DNA of 64,000 nucleotides from Tubiluchus corallicola. Its lineage: Eukaryota; Animalia; Priapulida. Shown here in pieces: positions 41,925 to 54,009 of the stretch (position 1 is its first letter; every line of letters begins with the position of its first letter). The notes beneath the pieces were generated by a model. It made no database searches. It was not told the origin of the DNA and was given only the letters and a program-made list of their open reading frames with translations. The translations under genes were made by a program, and so were the position numbers. The stretch is taken from assembly GCA_030141605.1 (NCBI GenBank), contig JAQGDQ010000921.1, positions 16,299-80,298 on the forward strand, written 5' to 3'.

Positions 41925-42384
41925 GTGGAAAATGGAAATGTTAAACATTCCGTGCAAATCTATGTTACTTAGCATCTCACTTACCTACTGGAAAGACTTA
42001 TGTAACTATAAGGAAAATATTAATTATTAAAATATTTTCACCAATTGGTAAAATGTAGTTGATTCACCTCCAGGGTGCACCACTCACTAACCAAATAACA
42101 TATTTTAGTCTTGTTTACAACATAAAGTAATTTAAAATTTTACTTAGTTACTAACATGTGCGCTACCAGTGCTCTGATTATTTTTCAAACTAAAATTTAG
42201 CGTTTTCTAATCTGCTTTCAAATGGCTTGTCGTCAAAATGGCTTCGTGTAACGGTCATCGTGGGAGTTTAAACTTACATGTTTTGTACAGCGTTACTAAC
42301 GACGCATGTGAGTATGTAAGTGGTATAAAATTTCAAGACGATTTTTTAAGTTTTATGTAAGTTGAGGGTTTTCTTGTACTTTAA
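41925..42384 (-). mobile_element. Kolobok-like MITE family A, reverse orientation, partial
   Basis: Ends GGGTTTTCTTGTACT-TTAA; interior is the reverse complement of the family. Confidence 0.75.
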
Positions 42385-43174
42385 GACCAACAGAGAGCCT
42401 GATCGCAAACTGACTACATATTTATGACTTCTTAAATCTACCTTTCTCTATCGAACCATTCTGAATCTGCTATTCCATTTCGAAAGTATAAAATTCGCTT
42501 ATGCTTTACGATAGAATTATGATCATATCTAAGAAAATACGCTATTCTTATTCGTCGTTATTAAACCGTTTGGCAAAAGACGAACAAAAGACGGTTTTGT
42601 AATCCACGAGAAATTCGTTCGACACAAATTTTTGGTTTTTGCAAAACATGGAAAAACAACCTCAATACATGTATAGCAACATTGAAAAACAATCAGATAT
42701 TATTGAAACTGTTGGCTCATTTTGCATCTTTATTTAGCACCCAAAGGCAGGTCCTACTTGTCAAACGTTGTCAAAGCTCAATATGGCTTTAGCGAAGTTA
42801 TTTCACATCTGTATAGCGGCCTTCATTATGTAAATACCAATATATACAATCTTCGTAAACAACTGCTGAACCTTTACCGCTTTACCGTTCTAAACACTTT
42901 AAAAAGTAGTTTTAAACCATATGCACGTTTTAATTATTAGTAAGTTCATTACTACTGTATACACAGTGACACGAGATATTATAGTAATAGATTTTAATAA
43001 AATTATTCAATAAATTATTGTCTTTCAAATTTAATTTAAACTTCATATTACCTTAATTAATGTCATGTAAAGTCGTTTTAATAAATTAAAATTAAATTTA
43101 AATTTAAGCCTCAGTGAACCATAATGTAATGTAATTTAACCTTTAGGTTACAAGAATGTTTTTAATAAAATAAA

Positions 43175-44060
43175 TATATTTATTTAACCATTAAGTAAAT
43201 TATTGGAGACGAAGAAAAACTAGACTTAAAAGAAATGTGTCCCATCGAAACAAAGAAACCACGTGTATGTGCTATAATAATTCAACCACAAAAACACATA
43301 CTAAGTTAACTCAGTCGGGCCTGGCTTCAAATATTTTGTAGGCCAATCTAGTATTCATTTTAATAACTTCTACAGGTTGTGACGCATTTAAAAACACAAA
43401 CTGCTCATTAGGAGACATATAATGAAAGTTAGGACAGAAAGAATACAAAAACAATTCCTCTCTTACATGATTGTACAGTGAACACTCAGGATAGAAATCA
43501 TAAAGAATACAAAAACATTCCTCTTTTACACGAGCGTACAGTGAACATTCATTAGAGAAATCAGAAAGTCTACAAAACATTCCTCTTTTGAATGAGCGTA
43601 CATTGAACACTCAGGATAGAAATCAGGAAGAATACAAAAACATTCCTCTCGTACATGAGCGTGCAGTGAACACTCAGGATAAAAAACAGAAAGAATGCAA
43701 AAACATTCCTTTCTTACATGAGCTACAGTGAACACTCAGGACAGAAATCAGAAACAATACAAAAACATTCCTCTCTCACATGATCGTACATTGAAAACTG
43801 AGGATAGAAATCAGAAAGAATACAAAAACATTCCTCTCTTACATGAACGTACAGTGAACACTTAGGATAGAAATCAGAAAGAATGCAAAAACATTCCTTT
43901 CTTACATGAGCGTACAGTGAACACACAGTAATTATATGCAATTCATCCTCTACTTTATTCAAACTACAATGTTTACATATCACTTGTATACATATATTTT
44001 TCCGGCTTACGATATCTACCGATTTTGCCAAGCGAAACAGCACAGAGGCACTCATCCATT
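43175..44060 (-). mobile_element. LINE 3' end with CCHC finger and an internal 63-bp tandem expansion (~8 copies, 43430-43925)
   Basis: ICKHCSLNKVEDELHIITVCSLYAHVR is the CxxC..EDExH...CxxYxxxR C-terminal finger of non-LTR ORF2; followed by repeats of CSLYAHVREECFCILSDFYPE; AATAAA on the minus strand near 43180. Confidence 0.75.
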
Positions 44061-44299
44061 TCCAGGCTAAACTCGGTATTGCTTAAGTTATCAGCTAATC
44101 AACACAGTTACAGCTATTGTTGTTACAGTGGCAACGACCAGCGAAGCAGCAATATTCATATAGTATAAATAAGATAAACAAGTAAATATACAAAAATATG
44201 CCTGTATAAATATTACATGGACTAGCACATGACTCACACTATATTTTGTTCATCACTAATAATGCCCAAACATTCTACATAGTGTTTTTCATATCTAAT

Positions 44300-44901
44300 C
44301 CCCATATTGAATTACGGCTAAAAATACATTTTAACACTTAGAATGGCAACAAAGCGCTTCCACCAAATATTAATTGCAGTGCCAAACTTAAAGAATAGGT
44401 TAAAAATAGAATTAATGGCATGCCAGCCCAGCGCAAGAGATGACATCACAAACTAACATAATTTTCAACAACACAAATATTCCATTGTGCGTCTTGCATG
44501 TGTTTGGGAAAGCAAAATTGAAGTTCTATTGTACAACATTTACTGCGATACACAAAAGTAATTCAAAGATCAAAAGTAAGTTCAAAAATCAGACTAACGT
44601 TTATTACTGTGCTCACACATGAATGCACGAACGTGTGCACAGCATCACAACTGAACGTCTCTTAGTGAGCGGTGCTGCACGTGTGTTTAGACAACGTGTT
44701 TCCGAAATGTAAACGCTGATGCCCAACTAACTAGCAAATGGCGAAATGGGGCGTAATAGTAAAGAACTAGCAGCGCAAAAGCAAAATTACGTTTCTGTGG
44801 TAATAATACATAAGTCACTCTTGGAAAATCTTCCCTTTCAATATATTATACGATAAATTGTTTTCAGCTGTAGTTTATGACTGGGTCCTGTTTTCGTTTA
44901 A
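44300..44901 (+). mobile_element. Kolobok-like MITE family B, older copy
   Basis: Shares GATGACATCACAAACTAAC and GAACTAG blocks; ends GGGTCCTGTTTTCGT-TTAA. Confidence 0.65.
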
Positions 44902-45385
44902 CTATTTGGCGGCGGTAGCAAACTGACAGATCTAGCTATGTGCATCGTAATTCATCTTTCTCGTAATCTGCCATCTTCTCTACAAAGTTTCGAGAAAATC
45001 TGTTAAATAGTTTTTGCGCAATAAGCTTAATGTTGTATAACAGACAAAAAACAACCAAACAAGCAGACAGTGTTGAAGCAACTTCTTTGGAAGAGGTAAA
45101 AAACCAAATTAATTAAAAAATAATTATTTACACAGGAACCCTAGCCCTGAACTTGTGTCATTTTATTCTGGTATCATTTTTACCTGCGCCATTTTACCTG
45201 CACTATTTTACCTGGTCAACATGGTTTGACTTTGAGTAGATGACTCGCTATATGCCTGCTGTCTAACACGTAAAAACTTCAAGGTAAGGCATCGTCTGCA
45301 AATCCATGAGCCACTCTAAACCCAGAGAAAATTCTTCAAGCATTTTAAGTGAAGGAATTACATTTACGGCTCTCTATATCAGCCA

Positions 45386-46013
45386 CTAAAGGAGGACAGG
45401 ATGGTTTTTCATTTACTACCCCATTTTCAAGTCCGATAAAAATATACATTTTAACACATTTACTACTGAAAAACTGTTTCTGATAATTAAGTAACAGATT
45501 AAATATTTAATTAGTGGCTACCGAGCCCAACTATTGATGGCATCTCAAACTAACATAATTTTCAACAGAAAAATATTCCATGAGCGTGTTTCACGTGTTT
45601 GCGAAAACGAAAATTGAAGTACATTGCTACTGTAAGATGTTCAGTGTGTTGTACTAAAACTAGACAAGTTTAAAAATAAAAACTCGAATTTCAAATTTAC
45701 CGCTGTACTCGCGCATGAGCTGCCAAACGTTTGCAGTTCATCAAAAACTAATACATCTGAACTAAGAGGTACAGCACCTGTTTTTGTTGCAATGCTTTTC
45801 CGAAATGATGGCGCTAGTGACCGACTACCCAGAGATTGGCGAAATGCATGTGGCAGCGAAGAACTAGTGGCGCGAACTCGAAATTGTGTTTGTGTGGTAA
45901 TAATTCTTTCGCGCCAAGTCATTTTTTGAAAAAAATAGTATGCTTCCTTTCAATATTTTAAAGACTTGATTGTTTTTACCTACAGTTTAAGATTGGGTTC
46001 AATTTTGCTTTAA
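45386..46013 (+). mobile_element. Kolobok-like MITE family B
   Basis: CTAA-AGGAGGACAGGA ... TTCAATTTTGCT-TTAA; colinear with 29576-30152. Confidence 0.75.
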
Positions 46014-46444
46014 ATCTCTGTTTTTACCTATGCGAAAAACTGCATCTAGCTTTAACGATATCAAGATTTATATAAATAAATATATAAGATTTATATAATC
46101 AGAATTTGCCCAGTAAGCAGAATTAGATTTTCACAGTCATTATCTAATTAATGACATTAATTACATCTAATTTGTTTGCATTTGTTTCGTAGCTTATTTC
46201 AGTCCTGTCAGAGTTTCCAAATATCTGCCCTTATGTACATGCTTACAAAAGACAAATCAAAAAGCAAAAATTAAAACGAAATTTATACTCTTTAACTACG
46301 TTTTAATGTTCTTCACGTTCACTGAAATTGTCACATTTTACTTATCAACAAGTGGTTAATTTTAGTTTAATCCGTTTATTTTACTAGGCGTATTGTTGGT
46401 TTATAAATACCATGGCGAATGTCTTAAACAGCAGATAGCAGCAC

Positions 46445-47533
46445 TTCTCTCACAAGAACAATTTACATTCCAGAAAAAAGCTTTTAGAGTTTAAAGCTTT
46501 ATTCTCAGATAACATCGCTCTGTTGAGTGCAGGTATAATTTACTTAATGACAGATCAATTTCAGACAAAGCTTCTCTGTACATCAGCAAAAATGTTAATC
46601 CCCTTGACTATGTATCAACAAAGATGTTTATCAAGCATAAAGCTGATTAACTATAGAATGATCTTCTGGCTTGAATGCAGACGCTCGTTTTCTAAATAGC
46701 AGATCAATTTACAAACACGACTCCCTCATCTCAACAACAAAAGCTTTATCCTGTTGTAAGCTGATTAACTGTAAGATAATTTGCTGAAATCCAAGAAAAC
46801 AAGCAGCTAGTCAGTTCACCAGAAATTATCCCTCTAGCAGCCAATTGGGGAATATTTGTAAACTGTTAGGGATGATGATAGAAAGCTTCCCGCTTAGAAA
46901 AACAAAATTCCTAAAAATAAATGCGAGTAGAAATAAGTAAGTGTTAACTAGACATTTCAAAAACACATTTATTTTCATAAACGCCGTTACTAACACAACC
47001 AAATAAAAGTTTGTTTATCTGATATTCCCTGCTGCTGTGTGACAATTAATACTTGAAACGTGACCAAAAGTTTAACAGTTTAACAAATATGTCAGAATTA
47101 TCGCCAAAGATGTTTTAAGAAGTTTTAAAAGTCGCTCTTTACTAGATGTCACTGGTTCTATCACGAGGCTCATGTTAATTTCCGCAAAACTATAAACAAC
47201 TTCTATTGCGCTGTTAGGGACTAACAAATTGCTAAAATGTTTTGTTGATGTTTCAAAGCTTGTTAATCAGCTTATAAGATCAAGTTAAAATATTAACATC
47301 AGCCCACTGATAATGCCGTGCTTAGCGCAAAAGTGACCATTGTTCCATCAAGTATTCAAGGTGGGATAATTTAACCTATGGCAGCAGTTTAAATTGATTA
47401 AACAATTGTACCTGCAAATTGGACAAAAGGAATGGCATGACGAAAATGGTGAAAAGAATCAATTGAATTACATGCAATATGAGAGGGGATGAGAGAAGAG
47501 TGAGAGAAACAGAGAGAGAAGAACATAGAGAAT

Positions 47534-47614
<81 letters not shown>

Positions 47615-48020
47615 AAGAGAATCCAGTGTCCTTGATCGTAAGGTTGAGATAATGACATTTAAGGATGTTTCAGGCTGCTATCAGTGTTTGGAATCTACAA
47701 CTTGAAGAAAGACACTAATCCCTCTCTAGCTGAGTGCATGATTGTTCTGCAAAAGCTAATTTCCTAAAAGATACAAAGCTTGCGAGCGCTCAGCGTGGGA
47801 AAGCCTAATCCCTGAAAGAAAGGCAGGGCTTATTTTTTCTAGCTGGGTGAACAGGCTGGAAAGCTAATTTTCTAAATGACAGAAAATTTGCAAACACTCG
47901 CCGTGATAAAAGCTAATCCGAGCTTAAAGCTGATGTTCTTTACGATAATTGACTTTAATTTGGGAAATAGGCGCTAGACGTTATTACACTAAACCATAGT
48001 CTTTTTAAAGGTAAACGACC
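46445..48020 (+). repeat. Composite unit 3: module C fused to module A + spacer + (GA)n + two B modules
   Basis: Parts match 30500, 36400, 37505 and 24180; TAAGCTGATTA at 46757. Confidence 0.85.
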
Positions 48021-49590
48021 GACAAAAACTGTTTTACCGGAATTCTTCTCTGTTATGTTATTTGAACGTCATGCTGATTTACAACGACCATTTTTAATTT
48101 ATTTTTAAAACAAGAAATTTTATATTTTTTCCGTGTGAGAACTGGTAAACAATTTTGACTAGCCACGCGTCTTTTTGCAATTTTAAATTTTGTGAACTGC
48201 AAATCTACGAAACCATTGTAATGTGTTTAAATACAATAGAGATTGAATCTAACATAATTTTGGTACCTTGATAGATTCGAGACAACACCTCCAACAAGAG
48301 CACAAAGTTGCAACTGATAATGTAATAAATGCCCGATATTGTAACACAGAAATAAATAAAGCATAATATAATGTACGAGTGTACAAGCCCCATTCATCAG
48401 GAACATTACAGAAAGTGAAATGTCAATACGATCAAGTTTCAAGATGACGCATCATTTGAGATTATTATATAATGATTAAGGACGATATTAAGGACTCATA
48501 ATAATGATTTCAATGTAACACCTTAAAATGAAGACGACAGGACGACGATAATTGTCGACAGGACAATTCACGGCATCGAAATAAAACAGTCCATTAACTA
48601 TTAATAAAGTAATGATTGGAGATGTAACTTGGAAGCTGTATTTACTGATCAAACGTTTTTACGAGTCTTTCAGTTTTTATTCTAAACTAGTTGACAATGT
48701 TTCTGACGTGGTCAGAAACTGAAGATTTTTGCGGACAATAGTTACAGACTTGGGCCTGGCAAAGACGCTAGTCTTTTGTTTGAACACTATAATGTAGTAT
48801 TTATTTATTGAATTCACATTGTTGCTTGAATACATAGGAACTTCGCTTCACAACGAAATTACAACTTACAAATTTTTAACCTTTGACCCGCGGGTCAAAG
48901 GTCAACTAATCATGGCATAATCTTATACCATCGAATTTACCTCATTGAGACATTTCATTTGACATGGTACTATTCTCTGACACTTGATGGATTTCTATTC
49001 CAGACCGCCGTTTTTCGGTTTTTGAACATACTGGGGAAAATTGCTGAGTAATTATTGTTGTTCAATCAGCCACATTTGACCTTTCATTTAATGTACTACA
49101 AGCTAGTTTCGGTCAACACTGGAAGGCATTTGTCTCCTCGACCCCTATTTTGCCCCAAGCAGGGTCTTAGGAAATTATAGCAATAAGTTGTCAAAATAAC
49201 AGTCATGGTAAAACTAAACTGAACTAGCAAACTAGAATTCATACTGAAAAGCGTAAAGATAAATCCGAGTATAGGCATTCAATTTTAATTCAATGACTCC
49301 CAGCTGGCTTGTCACGTGATCTAGATTTCGGACCATAAACACGGAGATTGTCGTCTGTTAAATAAGCGATAGCAAATAAACGTTGTCTTTGCCTTTAATG
49401 TAAACATTATCTGAGTCGCACTTAGATGTTAATTAGTAGTTTCTAGTTAGTAGACAACTTTTCATCAATGATCATGCCAATGCTCAAATATATCACAATT
49501 TTGATTTGTGACAATCATCTTTGGAAACGGATAACGTAAATTATTCAATGAAAGTCTTCAAAGTATTTCGACTTTTGCAGGCAGGACAAG

Positions 49591-50343
49591 CACCACCCAA
49601 CTGTACTAGTGGCGAACTGTACCACTACTCAACTGTACTAGTGGTGAACTGTACCACTACCCAACTGTACTAGTGGCGAACTGTACCACTACCCAACTGT
49701 ACTAGTGGTGAACCGTACCACTACCTAACTGTACTAGTGGTGAACCATACAACTACCCAACAGTACTAGTGGTGAACCGTACCGCTACCTAACTGTACTA
49801 GTGGCGAACTGTACCACTACCCAACTGTACTAGTGGTGAACTGTACCACTACCCAACTGTACTAGTGGCGAACTGTACCACTACCCAACTGTACTAGTGG
49901 TGAACCGTACCACTACCTAACTGTACTAGTGGTGAACCGTACCACTACCCAACAGTACTAGTGGTGAACCGTACCGCTACCTAACTGTACTAGTGGCGAA
50001 CTGTACCACTACCCAACTGTACTAGTGGTGAACTGTACCACTACCCAACTGTACTAGTGGCGAACTGTAGCACTACCCAACTGTTCTAGTGGTGAACCGT
50101 ACCACTACCTAACTGTACTAGTGGTGAACCATACAACTACCCAACAGTACTAGTGGTGAACCGTACTGCTACCTAACTGTACTAGTGGTGAACCGTACCA
50201 CTTCCTAACTGTACTAGTGGTGAACCGTACCACTACCTAACTGTACTAGTGGCGAACTGTACCACTACCCAACTGTACTAGTGGTGAACCGTACCACTAC
50301 CTAACTGTACTAGTGGTGAACCGTACCACTACCTAACTGTACT
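49591..50343. repeat. 32-bp minisatellite, ~23 copies, internal hairpin, 6-unit higher-order structure
   Basis: Unit AACTGTACTAGTGGTGAACTGTACCACTACCC. Confidence 0.95.
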
Positions 50344-50860
50344 TGTTTGAGGGGAACTTTTTCGAGACCGGTTTTGTGGCTTTAACTTAAGAAAATAAAG
50401 GCTGTGTAACTGATTCTAACCAAAGCTTATTTAATTATAATTTTAGAAAGTTATTTTGGAGTTAAGTTGTTTTTGTGATTTGGTTTTAGACTAGTATTCT
50501 GAAATTCTGTGATAACAGGAAGTTCACGGCAATATGTGTATCTGCGCTGATTGAAAGTCCGCATTGGTGGGCAAACTTTAACAAAGTTTTGAATAAAATT
50601 ATTCGTGCAGAACATGAAAAAATGGACTAACACTAGCTGGATATGTGTAGTTTTTTTTGGATACCTCGTTCGTACAGAAGACGGTAAAATGATTGAACGT
50701 TTTGCTAGATATGTGGACTTTTTTGGGATACGTGGTTCGTACAGAAGACGATAAAATGGACGAACGTTTTCCTAGACATGTGGACTTATGCAGCGTGTGT
50801 TTTATTAATCACGACTTTATTGGCAATTTTGAAAACTTAGACGAAGAACCTAGCCACTGG

Positions 50861-51346
50861 GGGGGGGGGGGGGGAGGGAGGCAAGCCAGCCCAACTCAGT
50901 GCCGGTACCTGGATAAATAATGAGGGTTAGGGTCAGGAAGGGCATCCGCCTGTAAAAATTGCGCCAAAACCTTCTATGAATGAGTCAGTGAGACTTAAAG
51001 GTAAAGCCAGCAAAGAAGTGGTCAGACCCGCTCTAATCTATGGGCTGGAAGCAGCTTCTCTAAAGAAGACCGAAGAGAAGAAAATGGGTGTGGTTGAGAT
51101 TAGGATGTTGAGATGGATGGTGGGAATAACAAGAAGAGATAAAATTAGAAATAATAATATCAGAGGAACAGTAAAAGTAGTGGAAGCCTCGCAAGATTGC
51201 GATGGTATGGACACCTGAAAAGAAGAGTCGGTGAAGATCATGTGGGAAGGGAAGACATAAATGAAGATATGGTCAACAACAGGACTGCGTGGAGAAGACT
51301 CATTCACAACGGCGACCCCATATAGAGAAAAGCTGGGAAGAAGAAA
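50861..51346 (+). mobile_element. Internally deleted, non-autonomous RTE element with ~20-bp TSD
   Basis: 5' AGGAAGGGCATCCG.CTGTAAAA leader joined to ORF end RLKGK..VVRPALIYG..EIRMLRWMVGITRRDKIRN; 3' GGCGACCCC and (GAA)-rich tail; flanked by ACGAAGAACCTAGCCACTGG and ACGAAGAAACCACCCACTGG. Confidence 0.85.
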
Positions 51347-52790
51347 ACGAAGAAACCACCCACTGGTTGAGCCAGTTTCTAGGTGTATCAAATGATGTAT
51401 ATACAAAACTGATATTTTTCTTTAAAGAGTTTTGAAATCTTAAAAATAGAGAATATATTACAAAACTTAATGTATATTACAAAGGCTGGTCACAGTAACT
51501 TCTGCTATTATGGCATTGGCAGCTTCCAACCAATTGAGGGCATGGAGCATTGTCCACAACACACTGGGATTCTCCCCAGAAGTTTTGTTCCAGAACTGAA
51601 ACATTTATTTGACGAATATCTGGTCATTTTCAACAAGATCTGGCCCCGTGTCGAAACAAGTGAATTTTTTTATGAAAATCAAACAAGCTTGTTTGAGTGG
51701 CATGGAATCTCTCCTGACCTGAACCCAAAAAATTGTTCTAAGGACTGAACGACGATGGCGAAACACTCCCAGGGTCAGAATTTCTATTTGCTCAAATATC
51801 AATATAGTTTGTCTGTGGATTCAGTGAGTACCGTACATAAATGTTAGATTTTTTTCCTAAAAATATTCCCATCTTACTGTGCAGTATTTTCTAAATCAGA
51901 TTACTTACATTAACACGAAGTCAGAAGGATAAACTGGAATGTACAATTTGCCATTGTTATCAAACCAGAACTCCTTGACTAAAAGAAGAAATAACACTAT
52001 TTTGCTAGTTGAATGGTTTGAGTTAAAATTATAAAATCCGCTTTAAACTCAAATGAACTTTATTCCAAGTACTATGGATTTAGTTCGCATGGCAATGCCA
52101 TTTATTCATAGGCTAGACTAATCAAAGTTAAGCAAATGGGATTAAACAGTAAGCAGAAATAGGCTTGTTAATAAGTTGCAGCAAAAATAACATTAAGGCT
52201 GGCTAAGATATACAACTTACAGTTGCGCAATTAAAGGTTGCAAAATCAGCAAATACCTGAAGTCTATGAGAGTGTACACATATATGCAAATAAAAATTAC
52301 ACAACTAAAAGTTGCAATCTGGGCTCAATCGTTTAGTTGCACAACTGCTTCGTAATATACTGCATAGATGTACCATTTTCATCTTCTGTTGAGATGAATA
52401 TTCCTCAATGTGTTTATAGTAATAATATTTTGCAGGCTTTGAACAATGTGCCTTGTTATCCCAGCTCTTCCTAGGCTTTTCCCAGTATGGGTTGTGGGCC
52501 GAATTATATAGCTGAGCTACACTTTTATCTGTAACTGTAGCAAAATCATTGAAAAAATTGGCCAAGTTTTTTCGTTGCGGAAAATGATTCCTAATTGTGT
52601 TTTGTATATTGTACTCATTTCATTGCAGACAAACTCTACAATACTGAGGTGAGTGACGTAGATTTATCACGTGATTACGACATTGCATACAGTACGACAC
52701 TCTGAAACCTGAGACCATGAGCAGGTGATAAAACTACCCTAATTGCCACATGCAACTAAAAGTAATCTCATTTTCCCGAGCAACCGACTG

Positions 52791-54009
52791 AAAAGTCACT
52801 AAGTGAAGAACAAGCGTCTTAGCCATTTTAGATGAATATTAACTCTCGCTCAGTGAAAGAAACAGTAAAAGTCACTAAGTGAAGAACAAGCGTCTTAGCC
52901 ATTTTAGATGAATATTAACTCTCGCTCAGTGAAAGAAACAGTAAAAGTCACTAAGTGAAGAACAAGCGTCTTAGCCATTTTAAATGTATATTAACTCTCG
53001 CTCAGTGAAAGAAACAGTAAAAGTCACTAAGTGAAGAACAAGTGTCTTAGCCATTTTAGATGTACATTAACTCTCGCTCAGTGAAAGAAACAGTAAAAGT
53101 CACTAAGTGAAGAACAAGTGTCTTAGCCATTTTAGATGTACATTAACTCTCGCTCAGTGAAAGAAACAGTAAAAGTCACTAAGTGAAGAACAAGCGTCTT
53201 AGCCATTTTAGATGTATATTAACTCTCGCTCAGTGAAAGAAACAGTAAAAGTCACTAAGTGAAGAACAAGTGTCTTAGCCATTTTAGATGTACATTAACT
53301 CTCGCTCAGTGAAAGAAACAGTAAAAGTCACTAAGTGAAGAACAAGCGTCTTAGCCATTTTAGATGTACATTAACTCTCGCTCAGTGAAAGAAACAGAAA
53401 AAGTCACTAAGTGAAGAACAAGCGTCTTAGCCATTTTAGATGTACATTAACTCTCGCTCAGTGAAAGAAACAGTAAAAGTCACTAAGTGAAAAACAAGCG
53501 TCTTAGCCATTTTAGATGTACATTAACTCTCGCTCAGTGAAAGAAACAGTAAAAGTCACTAAGTGAGGAACAAGCGTCTTAGCCATTTTAGATGTATATT
53601 AACTCTCGCTCAGTGAAAGAAACACTAAAAGTCACTAAGTGAAGAACAAGTGTCTTAGCCATTTTAGATGTACATTAACTCTCGCTCAGTGAAAGAAACA
53701 GTAAAAGTCACTAAGTGAAGAACAAGTGTCTTAGCCATTTTAGATGTATATTAACTCTCGCTCAGTGAAAGAAACAGTAAAAGTCACTAAGTGAAGAACA
53801 AGTGTCTTAGCCATTTTAGATGTACATTAACTCTCGCTCAGTGAAAGAAACAGTAAAAGTCACTAAGTGAAGAACAAGCGTCTTAGCCATTTTAGATGTA
53901 CATTAACTCTCGCTCAGTGAAAGAAACAGTAAAAGTCACTAAGTGAAGAACAAGTGTCTTAGCCATTTTAGATGTATATTAACTCTCGCTCAGTGAAAGA
54001 AACAGTAAA
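52791..54009. repeat. 76-bp minisatellite, 16 near-identical copies
   Basis: Unit AAAAGTCACTAAGTGAAGAACAAGCGTCTTAGCCATTTTAGATGTACATTAACTCTCGCTCAGTGAAAGAAACAGT. Confidence 0.97.

Larger units (their letters stand above)
49450..51748 (+). pseudogene. Carbohydrate sulfotransferase (Sulfotransfer_2 / CHST8-14-like) pseudogene, interrupted
   Basis: MDERFPRHVDLCSVCFINHDFIGNFENLDEE resembles the CHST motif EHW....LCHPC.I.YDFIGKFETLEED; weaker colinear matches upstream (QLFINDH..LWKRI at ~49455-49530; LESYF..LF..FRLV at ~50443) and downstream (ELKHLFDEYLVIF). Confidence 0.6.

Noticed and set aside
49591-50343. CRISPR array (32-bp palindromic repeat)
   Set aside because: Units are head-to-tail with no unique spacers, there are no cas genes, and the context is eukaryotic. 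The same applies to the other arrays.
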